Shown here: positions 1 to 12,114 of the stretch, piece by piece
Position numbering within the stretch: position 1 is the stretch's first letter
How the letters are laid out: each line of letters begins with the position of its first letter
IMG/VR virus record: IMGVR_UViG_3300014208_000040
Direction: 5' to 3' (one strand)
Length of the DNA: 64,000 bases
DNA from: an uncultured virus (IMG/VR IMGVR_UViG_3300014208_000040)
Lineage: Duplodnaviria > Heunggongvirae > Uroviricota > Caudoviricetes
Translations under genes and position numbers: made by a program
Notes under the pieces: generated by a model
Told to the model about the DNA's origin: nothing
Database searches by the model: none
Seen by the model: only the letters and a program-made list of their open reading frames with translations

Positions 1-416
1 CCTTGGGGTTTTTCATCGTCGTAAATAAAATCCTCGTGTTCCTTCAAAAATTTCACATAGTCAGAAGCACTCGCCGCATGAAGAGTAATATACAGTGTGG
101 TTTCACGATTATTGCTAGAATTACCCCACATGATGACCAGATGGAGATTGGGGTTGACTTGAATCAAAGTGTGCATCCCGAGCAAAGCTGGTCCAGTCGG
201 GAGGAACATGGTGTTATACACGTTATCTTTGTATTTGTCCAACAAATCCACCTTGTATGGAAGCATGGTAGAAAAAATGTGGAAATCACTTTTCTTACCA
301 TATTCAAAATATTTGATGTATTTCTCGATGGAAATATAAGGGTTATCCGTAAACAACCACGGTCTGGCTTTGAGAACGTTTACAGCACGTTTACCGTTTT
401 CTAGGAATTCGTTCAT
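1..416 (-). CDS. Hypothetical protein (partial, runs off the window start)
   Basis: Hand translation from ATG at 416 (MNEFLENGKRAVNVLKARPWLFTDNPY...) is open to base 1 and co-oriented with neighbours; the + ORF 3..404 is its antisense shadow. Confidence 0.7.
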   Translation of the reverse strand, partial: MNEFLENGKRAVNVLKARPWLFTDNPYISIEKYIKYFEYGKKSDFHIFSTMLPYKVDLLDKYKDNVYNTMFLPTGPALLGMHTLIQVNPNLHLVIMWGNSSNNRETTLYITLHAASASDYVKFLKEHEDFIYDDEKPQ

Positions 417-579
417 GTGATAATCCATTTCAACCAAACGATACATTCTTTCCAATTTTTTCGTTTAGCATGTTTGTAACTGGTCAAAAATCCTGCCCAC
501 TTTCGCCATGACCACATTGCCAATTTGTTTTTGGATGCCCTAAAAAATAACCAAATATAGATTTCATCAAACAACTTGG

Positions 580-894
580 TCATGGTAAATGTTTTCCTTC
601 TCCGTTACATCTATCGCACCGTGATGTAGAACTACGAGTTCCAAAATTTTCAGTAATGTTGCCTCTGCCGTGACATTCTTTACAGGCAATTTTTGATTGT
701 TCGACTTTCAACTCTCGTTTAAGTTGTTCGTTTTCCAACTTAAGCGGATTGGGAATACAATCGTGTCCGAACGCCATACCATATTGGTCGTGAGAAATCT
801 CAACGCATTTGGTAATGGTTTCAATTTGATCAGGTGTCGCCGTTAAACCTGCTTCATCCAAAGCGGCTTCAATGCTTTCTTTCCAATAGTTCAT
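580..894 (-). CDS. Small protein with C-terminal DnaJ-type zinc-finger repeats
   Basis: CKECHGRG and CDRCNGEG (CxxCxGxG twice). Confidence 0.6.
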   Translation of the reverse strand: MNYWKESIEAALDEAGLTATPDQIETITKCVEISHDQYGMAFGHDCIPNPLKLENEQLKRELKVEQSKIACKECHGRGNITENFGTRSSTSRCDRCNGEGKHLP

Positions 895-1322
895 GGGTAA
901 AGAGGGAGTTCACCAACCAAGTGTTCAAGGTCTTCCTTCAATCCGAAAACGTAAGCACAGGTCTTTTCTTTGCGGTGAATCAGAATCTTGGATGGGTCAG
1001 TTTTCGACACTTCTTTGAAGACGCCTTTAATGTAAGGTGTGAGTTCAACCGAAATGGATACGACATAATCGGGATCAACCACCCAACCTTGAGGAATTAC
1101 ACGGCTCTTGAGAATCTTTTCAATTTGGGTCTTGTTGGCTGACAGAACGATTGCGGTGCCAAAACCCTGTGGGGTTTGTCGTTGCCACTCCTTTACGTCG
1201 TTATGGGTACCCCATGCGTGAATGAAAGCGTTGGAGGCATGAGAAGCTTGAGCCGCTGCCCTCCCTACCGATAGACTCGGTAAATCATTTCTCATGAGAA
1301 TATACAGTCTATAATCTTTCAT
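891..1322 (-). CDS. Peptidyl-tRNA hydrolase type 2 (Pth2)-like protein
   Basis: YILMRNDL-x4-GRAAAQASHAS matches the Pth2 N-terminal signature; likely start ATG 1322 overlaps the upstream stop. Confidence 0.7.
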   Translation of the reverse strand: MKDYRLYILMRNDLPSLSVGRAAAQASHASNAFIHAWGTHNDVKEWQRQTPQGFGTAIVLSANKTQIEKILKSRVIPQGWVVDPDYVVSISVELTPYIKGVFKEVSKTDPSKILIHRKEKTCAYVFGLKEDLEHLVGELPLYP

Positions 1323-1582
1323 ATTTTTTGAATAGTTCTTCCACATCGAATACAGACATCATGAACGTAGGTTGTAGTCATGGAATTCATAACACGAAAT
1401 CCATTCATTATTTCTGAAATTTCATCTTCGTCTATGTAAGATGTTTCCTTGATATACATCTGAATCGCTTCACATGCTTCTTTGAAGGCGATGTCAGGAG
1501 TAGTATCGGTTTCACTGAATCTCGGTTGAAATTTGTGACCGAAGATTCTTCCAAAAATTCCATGACATTTATCATCGTTCAT
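1319..1582 (-). CDS. Hypothetical protein
   Basis: Coupled ORF in the minus-strand operon; GHKF and CIRC motifs. Confidence 0.55.
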   Translation of the reverse strand: MNDDKCHGIFGRIFGHKFQPRFSETDTTPDIAFKEACEAIQMYIKETSYIDEDEISEIMNGFRVMNSMTTTYVHDVCIRCGRTIQKI

Positions 1583-1932
1583 ATTAATATGAAAGTATTA
1601 ATTTTCTATGAATTAATTTGGCTTTCGCCAAACACAAATAACAAGGTTTTCCGTTATCATGATCAAAACTATCAGCATAGAAAGACCGACCAAGACCATG
1701 ACATTCTTTACAGTTTTTTCTTGGTTTCATGGTTTTCATATTTCAACACTATATCACTTCGATTCGGGTTTGTCAAACCAAAAAAAATCCAGTTCGAAAT
1801 CGTAAAAATGAGTACAATTAAAAAATTTGGAATACGCACGGATGTAAGTCTTCCCATCCTTTAGTTTGAATGGTTTTCCTTGGAATTCATACTGAGGCCA
1901 CTTTCCCTTAATTTCAGTTGATACGTGAATGT

Positions 1933-2769
1933 TCATTGTTGTGGAGGCGTCGGCATTGGTTTTAACGCACAGTGAAATGAAAATGAATAATCGCCGGGCC
2001 GATGAAGATAGGCAATAATACAGAAATGTTTTGCCAAATCCTCAAACACTTCATTAATCATCTGAATCTCCGTGTATTGACCGTAATGACACATGTAACT
2101 CTTCTTGGTTTCTTGACTGATGAAACCGCATGTTGGTCGGTTAGGCTCATTACATACCATTGACACGGAAAATATGCCGACGCCGGAATGAAGAATTTTG
2201 GCAATCTGTTCGTAGTAATGCCTTCGTTGTTTTATGGAAAGGTGTTGAAAGACATTAGTGGATACGACCAACCCGAACTTTTCATTCATCACTTCGGGTG
2301 GCAAGGTGGAATCACCATCAACCAAAGGTAATACGCCGGGAACTTTGGGATAAACATCCACTCCGTAATACTTCAACTTGGTTTCCTTCTCCACAAATTC
2401 TTTCAACATACCATATCCGGCTCCAATGTCTAACAGTGGCATATTGGGAACGTCTCGAAACATCATTATGTTGTTTACCATTCCAAGTTGACAGGCCAAA
2501 CAGAAGTTTTTACGGTTGACTTCGGCTATCGGAACATCGGGCGTGGCATTGAAGCCGATGGCATCCTTGGCCAGTTGAGGATTCTTTTCAATCCACTCCC
2601 AAAATGACGCACTGTTAATGGCGTCGGGTGACATCAAATCAATTTCGGATTGTGGAACTCCACCGGTTCTACTATCCCGTGCCCGTTTGTATTCGACATA
2701 TGATGGAATGTCTTTGATGTTGTAAGTTCCTTCAATGACTTCGGTGAAATCTTCAAGTGTAGTAATCAT
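1933..2769 (-). CDS. Class I SAM-dependent methyltransferase
   Basis: LLDIGAGYG motif I, YYGVDV, STNVFQHL. Confidence 0.8.
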   Translation of the reverse strand: MITTLEDFTEVIEGTYNIKDIPSYVEYKRARDSRTGGVPQSEIDLMSPDAINSASFWEWIEKNPQLAKDAIGFNATPDVPIAEVNRKNFCLACQLGMVNNIMMFRDVPNMPLLDIGAGYGMLKEFVEKETKLKYYGVDVYPKVPGVLPLVDGDSTLPPEVMNEKFGLVVSTNVFQHLSIKQRRHYYEQIAKILHSGVGIFSVSMVCNEPNRPTCGFISQETKKSYMCHYGQYTEIQMINEVFEDLAKHFCIIAYLHRPGDYSFSFHCALKPMPTPPQQ

Positions 2770-3536
2770 AAAATATTTTCTGTAGTATTTATCATTTTTA
2801 ATTTGAATTTATGATATGCTTCTGAACACCACGGATATAATTCTTCAAATATCTTAAACATAGATTGTGCATATTGTCTAATTTCCCATTGAGCGTGTTC
2901 ATCTAATCGGAGTGAAAAGAAGTGCATTAAATTATGCAAATCCCACTGACTATAAATTTCGGTGTATAGATTTTGAGGTAATACCATGCGAGCCATTTCT
3001 CGGGCCACACCCATGCTCAAGAGCAATCTGTATTTGTCGAAGGCTTCATCGTTCCACTGTTGTAAATTGAATGAAAGGGCGTGATGGTTTAACTCAGCCG
3101 TTTCCACACTTCCCTGTTTGTTCTTGATGTCTTGTTTACGCCACTTGGTAGGAATGTAAAACTCTTCTTTCATTTCGGAATATCTCGCCGAAACTTGATT
3201 AAGTCGTTGGGTTCTATGTCTTACCATTTGACCCTGTACAAACAACGGCAATCTAATATTGAAAGTTATTACACATTGTTCAAATGGGCTAGTATGTCTC
3301 ATCTTATACAAGTAAAACAACAATTTTTTGTCTTGTTCTTCACCCTTACTTGGTGATTTGTAGGAAAGACGAGCTGCTTCACAAATACGTGAATCAGTGC
3401 CCATCCAATCTATAAGTCTTACAAATCCGTGGTCTAAAACCGGAATAGTCCACCCTATTAACTTTTCTTGTTTATTAGTTTCCATAAATTCAACCACGTT
3501 CTTTTTTTGATATGTCTGAAATTGTAATCCATCCAC
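2766..3536 (-). CDS. thyX: Flavin-dependent thymidylate synthase
   Basis: HTSPFEQ, RHRTQRLNQVSARY (RHRx7SxR), EMARMVLP, HAQWEIR; true start may be ATG 3485. Confidence 0.95.
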   Translation of the reverse strand: MDGLQFQTYQKKNVVEFMETNKQEKLIGWTIPVLDHGFVRLIDWMGTDSRICEAARLSYKSPSKGEEQDKKLLFYLYKMRHTSPFEQCVITFNIRLPLFVQGQMVRHRTQRLNQVSARYSEMKEEFYIPTKWRKQDIKNKQGSVETAELNHHALSFNLQQWNDEAFDKYRLLLSMGVAREMARMVLPQNLYTEIYSQWDLHNLMHFFSLRLDEHAQWEIRQYAQSMFKIFEELYPWCSEAYHKFKLKMINTTENIL

Positions 3537-3590
3537 ATTTAATTAGGAAACGAGAAAATTTCTGTTCCATCCATTCCATCTGATTGTGCG

Positions 3591-4424
3591 TCACTCATAC
3601 TTTGGAATCATTGTTATTAACTTCTCTTTATCTTCGGTGAACTTCCATGCTGGTTTGGAAACCCAACGGGTTCTTATTGCTGGGTTGCTATTAGATGTTC
3701 CATAAAATTCAAAATCATTCATTTCTGAAATTGGTGCCTGATATTGTTCTTTAACAATTATGCGACCATTCTTTTTTGCTTGGTCATATTCTGACCAATT
3801 GACATTATGTTTTTGAAACATCATTTCTTGCATTTCAAACGTTGATTTATTTTGAAGTTCCTTGTGAGAGAATAACGATTGAGCCACCATAGACACACTG
3901 TTACGAGCCGCATCTTGTCCACGCCAAATGAAGTAATTCATCACTTCGGTATGGTCGGGAATGGTGAATACACGAGCGTCAAAGTATGCCAGAGGTATGG
4001 ATAATACATCACTACCCCACAAATGAGTGCGACCTTCCACATCCCTATGTTCCTCTGAAAATCTATACAAACGACTCTTATTAAATTCCGCTGTAATGAT
4101 TGAGGATGCTACAGACACCATTTTCTGAATGTTCCCATCGAACCACGCATCGGTGTTGGGTGTAGCGAAATCCGTCAATAACAATGAGATTTCATCGGAT
4201 TGAGTGTAAGCGAATTGAACACCTTGAATGTGAGGCAACATCGCAATGATAGCCGCATCCATATCTTTAATCAATCCATCATCAAATGGTTTTTGTAATC
4301 TACGAGTGTAGGTATGAAAACTTTTTCCGTCTAAGCGAATTATAGTGTACGTTCGTCTAGGAATGAAGTATCTTGTTCTATCTTCATACTGATTTTTAAT
4401 CCGTTCTCCAAGATCATCTTTCAT
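3591..4424 (-). CDS. thg1: tRNA(His) guanylyltransferase Thg1-like protein
   Basis: IIRLDGKSFH, YTQSDEISL, FDARVF, YFIWR...RNS. Confidence 0.93.
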   Translation of the reverse strand: MKDDLGERIKNQYEDRTRYFIPRRTYTIIRLDGKSFHTYTRRLQKPFDDGLIKDMDAAIIAMLPHIQGVQFAYTQSDEISLLLTDFATPNTDAWFDGNIQKMVSVASSIITAEFNKSRLYRFSEEHRDVEGRTHLWGSDVLSIPLAYFDARVFTIPDHTEVMNYFIWRGQDAARNSVSMVAQSLFSHKELQNKSTFEMQEMMFQKHNVNWSEYDQAKKNGRIIVKEQYQAPISEMNDFEFYGTSNSNPAIRTRWVSKPAWKFTEDKEKLITMIPKYE

Positions 4425-5012
4425 ATTTTGACAAATGTTGGGGCAATTACTTCCGAGGGATAGAAGAAGGCGGTTGAATCATCTTCCATCGTAAAAAAAT
4501 CAAACAAGACACTTTTAACTTCCCGTGTGCCTGTGTAAACCACACGTTGTTTCTTACCGAGTTGATCGGTGTAAATGAATACGTCATCTTTTGTCATTTT
4601 AATCTCACAATTTCGATTGTTGGAAACGCATCAGTCATTTGATTGAATTGTCGTTTGGTCAGTGGACTAATGGCAATTGGATAACACAATTTGTTCATGC
4701 CGGCCAAGTAATGTGTGGGGTCGCCATTGGTCAACAAAACTCGTTTGATAATATTACAGTTTCTTGTTATTGGAATATAAGTGACAAGTGAATACATAAT
4801 TTAATCTTTCAAGAACATGACAGTGTTAAGACTTACTATGACTTCGTTATTACTGCCTGCACCTTCAACCCTCAATACCGCAAAATATCCGGAGCCATCA
4901 GCAAAGTCGCCGTAAGGTGGCCAGATTTCTTCCCTTACCAAAGGATAGACAGCAATCTTATTGTTAAGGATGGCAACAACGTTCTTACACCTTGCTTTTT
5001 TTGTTTTTGTTT

Positions 5013-5333
5013 TCATATTGTAAAGAATTCCACCGAGGGTTCTTTTTTTTCTTTGTTATATGGAATACCTTCCAAATATTCAATAATGACCATGCCGTGG
5101 CAAAGTTCGGGAACGCACCAACATCCAAGAACATGACCTTTCAAAGAATGTATTCTATCACGAAACTTGGCATCTGTCAATATTCGTTTGTAGAACCATT
5201 CACGATACTTTTCAATGACTTGAATGCGGTCGCCGTCAACTCCAATCTTAAAAGGATTTCCAAATATACTTGTGCGGTCAATTATTGTGTGACACGTTCC
5301 AAGATTATGAAGGTTTGTGAGGGTAGTTAACAT
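5013..5333 (-). CDS. DUF4326-like protein
   Basis: IDRTSIFGNPF...LKGHVLGCWCVPELCHG. Confidence 0.8.
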   Translation of the reverse strand: MLTTLTNLHNLGTCHTIIDRTSIFGNPFKIGVDGDRIQVIEKYREWFYKRILTDAKFRDRIHSLKGHVLGCWCVPELCHGMVIIEYLEGIPYNKEKKEPSVEFFTI

Positions 5334-5873
5334 TCTTTCAATATTGAGTCGTATTTTCCATATGAGCCGTTACAAATTGGACACAACATAAACCCATTAA
5401 CACATATCAATGATTGTTTTTTAATACAACATGGCCATTTTAGACAAAATTCTGGCATTGGAGTAAAAATTTCATCCCCATCTTCTTCATCTTGAACAAA
5501 ATTATCAATTGGATTTTGGATGGTCTTTACGCTGTTCATTCAAGTATTGAGTTTTGTAATCCTTTACAACCTTCGACCACACCTTACCATTTTTTGAAGC
5601 GACATTCAAGGCGTAAGTTTTGACTTCATCGGGAATGGTCTTACAGGTTCGGATGCGATTCAAATGGAAGTCTCGGCACTGTAACAACAAGGTTTCCAAC
5701 ATTCCCATATCATATTTGAAACGTGAATGACACGACGCCAACAGAAACAAACAGCGGTTCATTTCACAGAGATACTTACCCAGCTTGCGAGTCAGGCGAG
5801 GGTATTTCTCTGTCACTATCTTGGCCAGTGTGACGGCTGCCGGAGAATTTCCATAGGTGAATGTGTCCATAAA

Positions 5874-6119
5874 TCATGCGTGTTCTTGGCTTCCTCGTTT
5901 ACATTCATGTGCTTCAAACGTATCTTCTCCTGATTCCAAAATATATTCTCGACAAACATCCAAACATTCAGGATGCCAACGGTGATCTTGGAACTCTCCG
6001 TCATATTTGCTAACTTCATGAACGTGTTTTTCTCCAATTTTAATTCTCTCTACACACCACATACAAGAATATTGTTTTCTAGCAACGGGTGTAGTTTCGG
6101 ATAATAATTGATAACTCAT
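5874..6119 (-). CDS. Small Cys/His-rich hypothetical protein
   Basis: ARKQYSCMWC...HPEC pattern typical of small phage Zn-binding proteins. Confidence 0.55.
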   Translation of the reverse strand: MSYQLLSETTPVARKQYSCMWCVERIKIGEKHVHEVSKYDGEFQDHRWHPECLDVCREYILESGEDTFEAHECKRGSQEHA

Positions 6120-6838
6120 AACAAGTTTTGATGTTGACAGATTAACTTACAATATTCAAAAAGTTTTTCGGTTGAAAATTCCATTTTCATTTTGTTAATG
6201 TCTTTATGAACCCATTGAACATTTCCTTCGGCGTATCCTCTGGAAGAATTTATTCTATCCAATGAGGCGTTGCCATCATTTCCTCCTGAAAATTTGGAAA
6301 ACCACAATGCTAATCCTGTTAATGCACATCTTTTATTTTGATTAATAAATAATTTCCAAATGTATTCTTTAGTTATTGAAAATTCTAAATTTCTAATCTT
6401 GGCTCCGTGTTCTATAGTTCTAAAAAATGTTCCGGAAAATTCTCCAAAACCAGTCCAACAAGGATGTTTACTACCAGTTTGAAATTGTTCACATCCACAC
6501 GATTTTATATTTTCATTTACCAAATGTGATTGTCTTACTTTCGTCTCATTGCCACAGTCGCATTTACATAACCAATATCTATCATGACAAATTTTATCTG
6601 TTTTTGATAACAATTTTATTACTGTTAATTTATTAAATGTTTTTCCAATCAAATCAACACCCCCAAGACATCCACACGATTTTGTATAACCCATCAAAAG
6701 ATTATAACCTGTTATAATTTTTTCGTTGCCGCAGTCGCATTTACATAACCAATGTCTTTTTCCCCATTTATTTTTTTGACTTCTACACAAAACGGTCAAC
6801 TTTCCAAATTTTTGTTTTAATAAATCTTTTACACTCAT
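6116..6838 (-). CDS. Putative HNH-type homing endonuclease
   Basis: Two FGKLTV...WLCKCDCG...SCGC repeats plus CALTG...SLDRINSSRGYAEGNVQWVHKDINKMK. Confidence 0.8.
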   Translation of the reverse strand: MSVKDLLKQKFGKLTVLCRSQKNKWGKRHWLCKCDCGNEKIITGYNLLMGYTKSCGCLGGVDLIGKTFNKLTVIKLLSKTDKICHDRYWLCKCDCGNETKVRQSHLVNENIKSCGCEQFQTGSKHPCWTGFGEFSGTFFRTIEHGAKIRNLEFSITKEYIWKLFINQNKRCALTGLALWFSKFSGGNDGNASLDRINSSRGYAEGNVQWVHKDINKMKMEFSTEKLFEYCKLICQHQNLL

Positions 6839-7606
6839 ATATTCAATCTCTTTTTCTAATAATAAATAGAGTGGAGATTTATATGAACCTAATATTATTT
6901 CATCTTTTCAGACCATTCTTGGAACGCCATTTCACTAACTTTTTTAACTATTTCAGATTTTTTAGCCGCATATGTTCCTGCTGAAGTAAAGGAATTAAAT
7001 TCCATAAGCCAAAATGACTTTCATTTCGACCTCAACGTGTCTTGAATATCCAAAATGTTATCCCAAATAGCAACCAATAAGCAAATGACTATCCAATTGA
7101 AATAGGTCATAGTTATCACGGGAAATAACCACCCACCAATCAATATCATTGGTAACATGATGAACAACATTATCCAAAAATGTTTTCCCGGAACAAAAAA
7201 CAACAGAAATTTTTTCATAGTTTGATTTGAGAATCTGCGATGTAAATATGCGTAAACGGATATCCACCGAGGGCAGTATCCAATTCAACAATCACCACAG
7301 GGCCGATTTTTCCACAAACCTTGCCTGTGAGATTAACGACCTTTTCGCTTAGGTCGAATGTTACTTGGTCGCCTTGTTTTACTTCTTTCATGTTGTTTCT
7401 TTCGTTTTGTTGGTTTCGCTCTTGGTTTCAAAATTCCGGGAGGTCGTTTCTTATAGGCTACCACCTTGGCTTTCCAAATATTATTGTTCCAAGATTCACA
7501 TTCTTGGATTGACATTTTCTTTGAACGATAAATTTCCGGGTGTGTCCACCACTTGTTTTTTGGCCAATTTCCTTCAAGTCGATGAATAACGAGTTTGTAA
7601 TACATG

Positions 7607-7948
7607 TTAATCCCTTAGATTTTTCCAATGGTCAATAAATTGTTGGACAAGAATCTTATCACGTCTCGGTTCACCACGAACATCATTCCACAGACATTCT
7701 AAAATGATTCCACTAATGTCATCCGCATGTTCAACTCCGTAATTTTGTTTGAACCATTTGACCAAATGGGTTTCCTCATCCCAGAGACTCCATGCGTTAC
7801 GAATTGACATACCGTCACTAAAATGATATTGAGTAGAAACGGACATGGGCCGATTTATTTCTCGAAGGTCTTCTTCGGTCAACGACTCTTTCAAGAATTT
7901 AATCGCTTCATCGAGATTCGACGGAACAACATCTTCGAGTAAATTCAT
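7607..7948 (-). CDS. Conserved hypothetical protein
   Basis: HFSDGMSIRNAWSLW...HADDISGII; coupled to the AAA gene. Confidence 0.6.
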   Translation of the reverse strand: MNLLEDVVPSNLDEAIKFLKESLTEEDLREINRPMSVSTQYHFSDGMSIRNAWSLWDEETHLVKWFKQNYGVEHADDISGIILECLWNDVRGEPRRDKILVQQFIDHWKNLRD

Positions 7949-8931
7949 TTCATGGCTCCAGTAAATCCCATTTTGTCGTTGTAGTCCGCACTCGAAACTT
8001 TTGTCGTCATCATGTCGGTTAATGTTTTGACGGCTTCATCAAATGGTTTCTCAAAACAACATACGGAAATAACCAACTCAGCACAAGCGGCGAAGGAGAA
8101 ACCTTCAGTTGACTCCAACCATTTTTCCATTTCCGAATCCGTAACTTTGAGTTTCTTTTGGAAATATACCTTCCGAACTTCCTTGCCCGGCATTCCAATT
8201 TTAATAACTCGGTCAAAACGTCTCGGCCTTGCCACCAATCGTTTATCCAACTTTTCAGGATAATTAGTTGTAGCAATATTAAGAACACGGTCAATCTGAT
8301 TTTCACCATCCAGCAAAGTTAAAATTTCATCCTCACCATGTTCATCAATAATGGCGTCAATATCTTCAAATAAGCATACAACGGGTCGGTCGGGTTCAAC
8401 CTTACGAAAGAGGGATAAACCATCATTGAATACCGATGGGTGAGTGTTACATAGGAATACCAAACCGTCAGCATTCACAATATCGGCAATGATTTGTTGA
8501 ACTAAACAAGTTTTACCTGAGCCTGCAGGACCGTGAAGTAAATAGCCACGACGATGTAGAAACCCGTGTTCCTTGAACTTCTTTCCTTTTTTCCAGAACG
8601 TTGTTATTTCGGCCAGAATCTTTTCCGAAAGACTATCGGGGAAACGGAGCAGTTCATCAATGTTAATAGTATTCTGAGTGAACATTAAACCGTGATACTG
8701 ACTGACACTGACGCTGTAAACCCCACGGTCCAACATGGCAAAGGTATTGGAAACTGGCTTAAAAGTGTTTGGTCCACAATTAGCCCATTGAACTAAGGTT
8801 GTGGAATTGTGGTCTTTGTCTTTGGATGGACCGGGAGCTTCGACTGGAGAATCGGGTCTTGATTTGACTCGGGCACGATTGGAACGACTCGTGGAGTTAC
8901 CAAAATCTTGAAGAGACATTTCATCATTCAT
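7945..8931 (-). CDS. AAA+ ATPase
   Basis: Walker A GPAGSGKT, Walker B LFEDID, ATTN sensor, RPRRFD arginine finger. Confidence 0.92.
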   Translation of the reverse strand: MNDEMSLQDFGNSTSRSNRARVKSRPDSPVEAPGPSKDKDHNSTTLVQWANCGPNTFKPVSNTFAMLDRGVYSVSVSQYHGLMFTQNTINIDELLRFPDSLSEKILAEITTFWKKGKKFKEHGFLHRRGYLLHGPAGSGKTCLVQQIIADIVNADGLVFLCNTHPSVFNDGLSLFRKVEPDRPVVCLFEDIDAIIDEHGEDEILTLLDGENQIDRVLNIATTNYPEKLDKRLVARPRRFDRVIKIGMPGKEVRKVYFQKKLKVTDSEMEKWLESTEGFSFAACAELVISVCCFEKPFDEAVKTLTDMMTTKVSSADYNDKMGFTGAMK

Positions 8932-9000
8932 AATACGAAGTTTACACCATCAAAGACCATTTGTAAAGAAAAAAATCAAAAAGATGAAACTGAATTATAG

Positions 9001-11209
9001 TTATCCTTCTCCGTAGATTTCTTCAATTTCTACCCACTCATGATCGTCACCCATTGTTAGTTCTCTAACCCGATTGTCTTTGATATCACTCGGATATACG
9101 AGCTGGTCACGGTTACTATCGGGAGACAAATGAACACTTCCATGATACTTCAATCTCACTCGCAACCGTTTTTCGGCTGGAATGAGTTTAAGGTTTATTT
9201 CGTCAATGTCTTCCCAACGTTTTGTTTGTGAATTCCACACTCCGCCCAACGCTTTCAACTTGTCTTTGATGTGAAAAGTTGTTTTCTTGAAACGACCGTA
9301 TGAATTTTCAACAATCGTGTACTTTCCGTTGGGTTGGCGGATAGCTCCAAACATAATCAAAAAAGTTTCTTTTTCCAAAACGATTCTATGTAACCGCCTG
9401 CATTCTTGTTCATCTTTTCTTTAATCAATTGTTGTTTATATTTTTTAGGGTCGTCTTTTTGCCGTTTCTTGTCTAACTCAAGACGTTCCTTTCTTTCCTT
9501 TTCATTGATGCCTCGAGCATCAACCGAAGCATAGTAACCTGTAAAGAAATACGAGTAAAGATCGCCTTCCTCCTTGGAGTTGAACGGAGATTCCATTGGA
9601 CGGTGTAACGCATGAGTCCACATTCCCGTGAGACATGCCATGTAATTGGCAGTCAACATACTGCCTTTTTCAAAAAGTTGTTTAGTTCTGTCTGCGTAGT
9701 TAGTCAAGAACTGATTGACCAATTCCGTCTTGTTACCTTTGTTGTTCATATTATCTGTTAGTTTTGACCTGATATTCGAGAGCTGTGATACGGTCGTTCA
9801 AAGGTTTAATAGCCTTTTGAATCTCGGTCTGAACTTGGTCTTGGTAGGACATTTTGTAATTCCACCAACGACTGATTCTCCAACCCGTGTAAGGAACTGT
9901 CACCAAGAAAACGATGATGAAAACTCCGAAGAGTATTGTTTTGACATTCTTCATACTATTGCCTTTCCTTTGAAGTGAATACACTGAACAACGTTCTGTT
10001 TGACTGTCGGTTTCCGTTTATTCCTTGGTTGTCTGTTCATAAATGTTTTGTAGTTCTCAGTGGGTTCGCCATATCTATCCCACCAATTAGGTCTGTTCCG
10101 TTGTTTCCGTTGGAAGTCTGACGGCGGGCCTTTTCGTTCGGTGGCTCCTGTGCTGACACCACAACCACACCCACAAATGAATTGGTCAACCACTTCATCA
10201 GTTTTCTCTCGGTTGATGCGAGCACGCACTTTCGTGAAATCTCTACGAGCCTCGGCCATTTGACCTTGAGAAAGAAAGTATCGTTTGTCGCCGCCTTGGC
10301 CTCCAAGACGTTTTCCATCCAATCGTTTGAATTTTTTGGTGTCGTGTTTTTTCATACATTGTCCAGTTGTAAACTAATTTGATACTTCACCTTGTCAGGG
10401 ATGGCTTCCCACGTCCAAGTTGAAAACTTTTTGTTAAGAATTGTGTCGGCTAATTGCCAACGATGGCCCAATAGGGCTTTACGGAAATCTTTGAGTTTAT
10501 CATACTCTTCCTCGCCGGAAATCCATTCTTCATTGAAATACGTTTTGATTTCTGCGTCGGTAAGGGGAGTGCGATAAAATTGGATGGCTCGGATAAGTTC
10601 TGATTCGGCATCTTCAAGAGACGAAAACTCTCCGCCGAATGTTTCGTTACCCATTATTTTGAATGGACTCTGCCACCCGAAATTTTCAGTGCCGACTTTC
10701 CAAACATCCAAGACATGCCAAATTGAAAAAGTCACAGAAACGTTGGAATCAAGGTTTGATGTCAACGAATACTTCGTGGTCGTAACCAAATCTTTGAGGT
10801 TGATTTTCATGTGGCAGTATCATACCACATGATTTTATAGAAGTCAAGTATTGATTCGGTTGTAGAACGGATGTTTATCCACCATTTCTTTCATGGCGTT
10901 GACCGTCTCAACTGTTCTTTCCATTATTGAAGTCTGCTTGTAACCACACGTAGGACAAATGAATCCGTCTTTGGTTGGCACTAACTCACGGTCAAGAATG
11001 ACCACCTGTTTCCAGTTGTCACCTTCCCAACTCTTGAAGTCAAGTGGTTCTTCTATCAACTCGCCTGATTCAGTTTTGAGGAACCGGGTGCCGAGTTTAT
11101 CCCGACAGTAACCACACGTATAAGGATGAAACATGACGCCGGTTTGATGCCACTTTAGGGCTTCAATCAGTTCGTCACTCCACGGTAAATTATTTGCTGT
11201 GGCGGTCAT
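9001..11209 (-). other. Run of small hypothetical phage ORFs (9001-9378, 9357-9749, 9751-9984, 9951-10355, 10352-10810, 10844-11209)
   Basis: Co-oriented, abutting or overlapping ORFs with no recognisable motifs; the 9751 ORF has one TM helix. Confidence 0.55.
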
Positions 11210-11519
11210 TGTTTGGGGGTTGTTGTCTTGGTGGACTTTGATGTGGCGGCCCCGGCGGTCTTACATCATGTCTCGAAGGTTGATCGGAAGGAGGATTGTG
11301 ATGCGGCATTGGATGAACAATTACAGGTGGACAATATGGCCGGTGATAATATGGACGATACACCGGATATGGATACATGTAAACGGGATAGGAATTGTAA
11401 TAAACAGGAAACGGGTCGTATGTTACCGATGTTGATACATAACCTTCGGTTGCACAACTGACCAACAGAACTAGGCCGGCGAGGGTGGAAATAATTGGAA
11501 TAAGTTTCTTCATAAACAT
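11190..11519 (-). CDS. Putative Pro/Tyr-rich lipoprotein
   Basis: MKK + hydrophobic stretch + LVSC lipobox-like motif; YPY/PP-rich tail. Confidence 0.6.
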   Translation of the reverse strand: MFMKKLIPIISTLAGLVLLVSCATEGYVSTSVTYDPFPVYYNSYPVYMYPYPVYRPYYHRPYCPPVIVHPMPHHNPPSDQPSRHDVRPPGPPHQSPPRQQPPNNDRHSK

Positions 11520-12114
11520 AAATAGTTTTCAATTAACAGAATTTCACATAAATTCATAGTAGGTTGCGGTATAGGTTTTCTTGATTACTTCGTGTGGTTG
11601 ATAGATGCCGGGTGTTTGATATTTGGAAAGCGGATGACCATTCAGAAACTCAATCCCAAAAAGTTTATCCCCGTCTTGGAAAATTTCCATTGTTTCAAGA
11701 TTTCCACATTCGTCGTAACGATGTTCAGCCGTATCCACATGTTTGTGGGATTTCATCCATGTTTTGAGTTCTTCAAGAGTCATATTTGAAAATTATCTGT
11801 TTTCTCCACAAGGTCTTTTACCAACATTTGTGCGTCTTGTCCGTCACAAGGATTCCAATCATGGTCAACGTGTGTAGGAATTTCGTGATACTCACATCCA
11901 TCGCCTTCTGAATAGAATGTTTCACAAAATACTTCGCCTTGTTCCAAATGAACAACAGGCCGTGAACCATCTTCCGAACGGAAATCCCCAGCCGATGTAT
12001 GGTTGGCACACACCCGTTTCCACCGACACTCTGTTTCTTCACAAATCATTGCCCCATAGTTCTTTATGTCAGCATTGATTTTCTTTTTTTGTCTTTCCAT
12101 ATTTTTCCTTTAAC

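Noticed and set aside
3..404. Plus-strand ORF 3..404 and many other antisense or overlapping ORFs in the track (e.g. 21448-21894, 47906-48349, 55230-55763)
   Set aside because: They are shadows of better-supported genes on the opposite strand or frame and have no motifs
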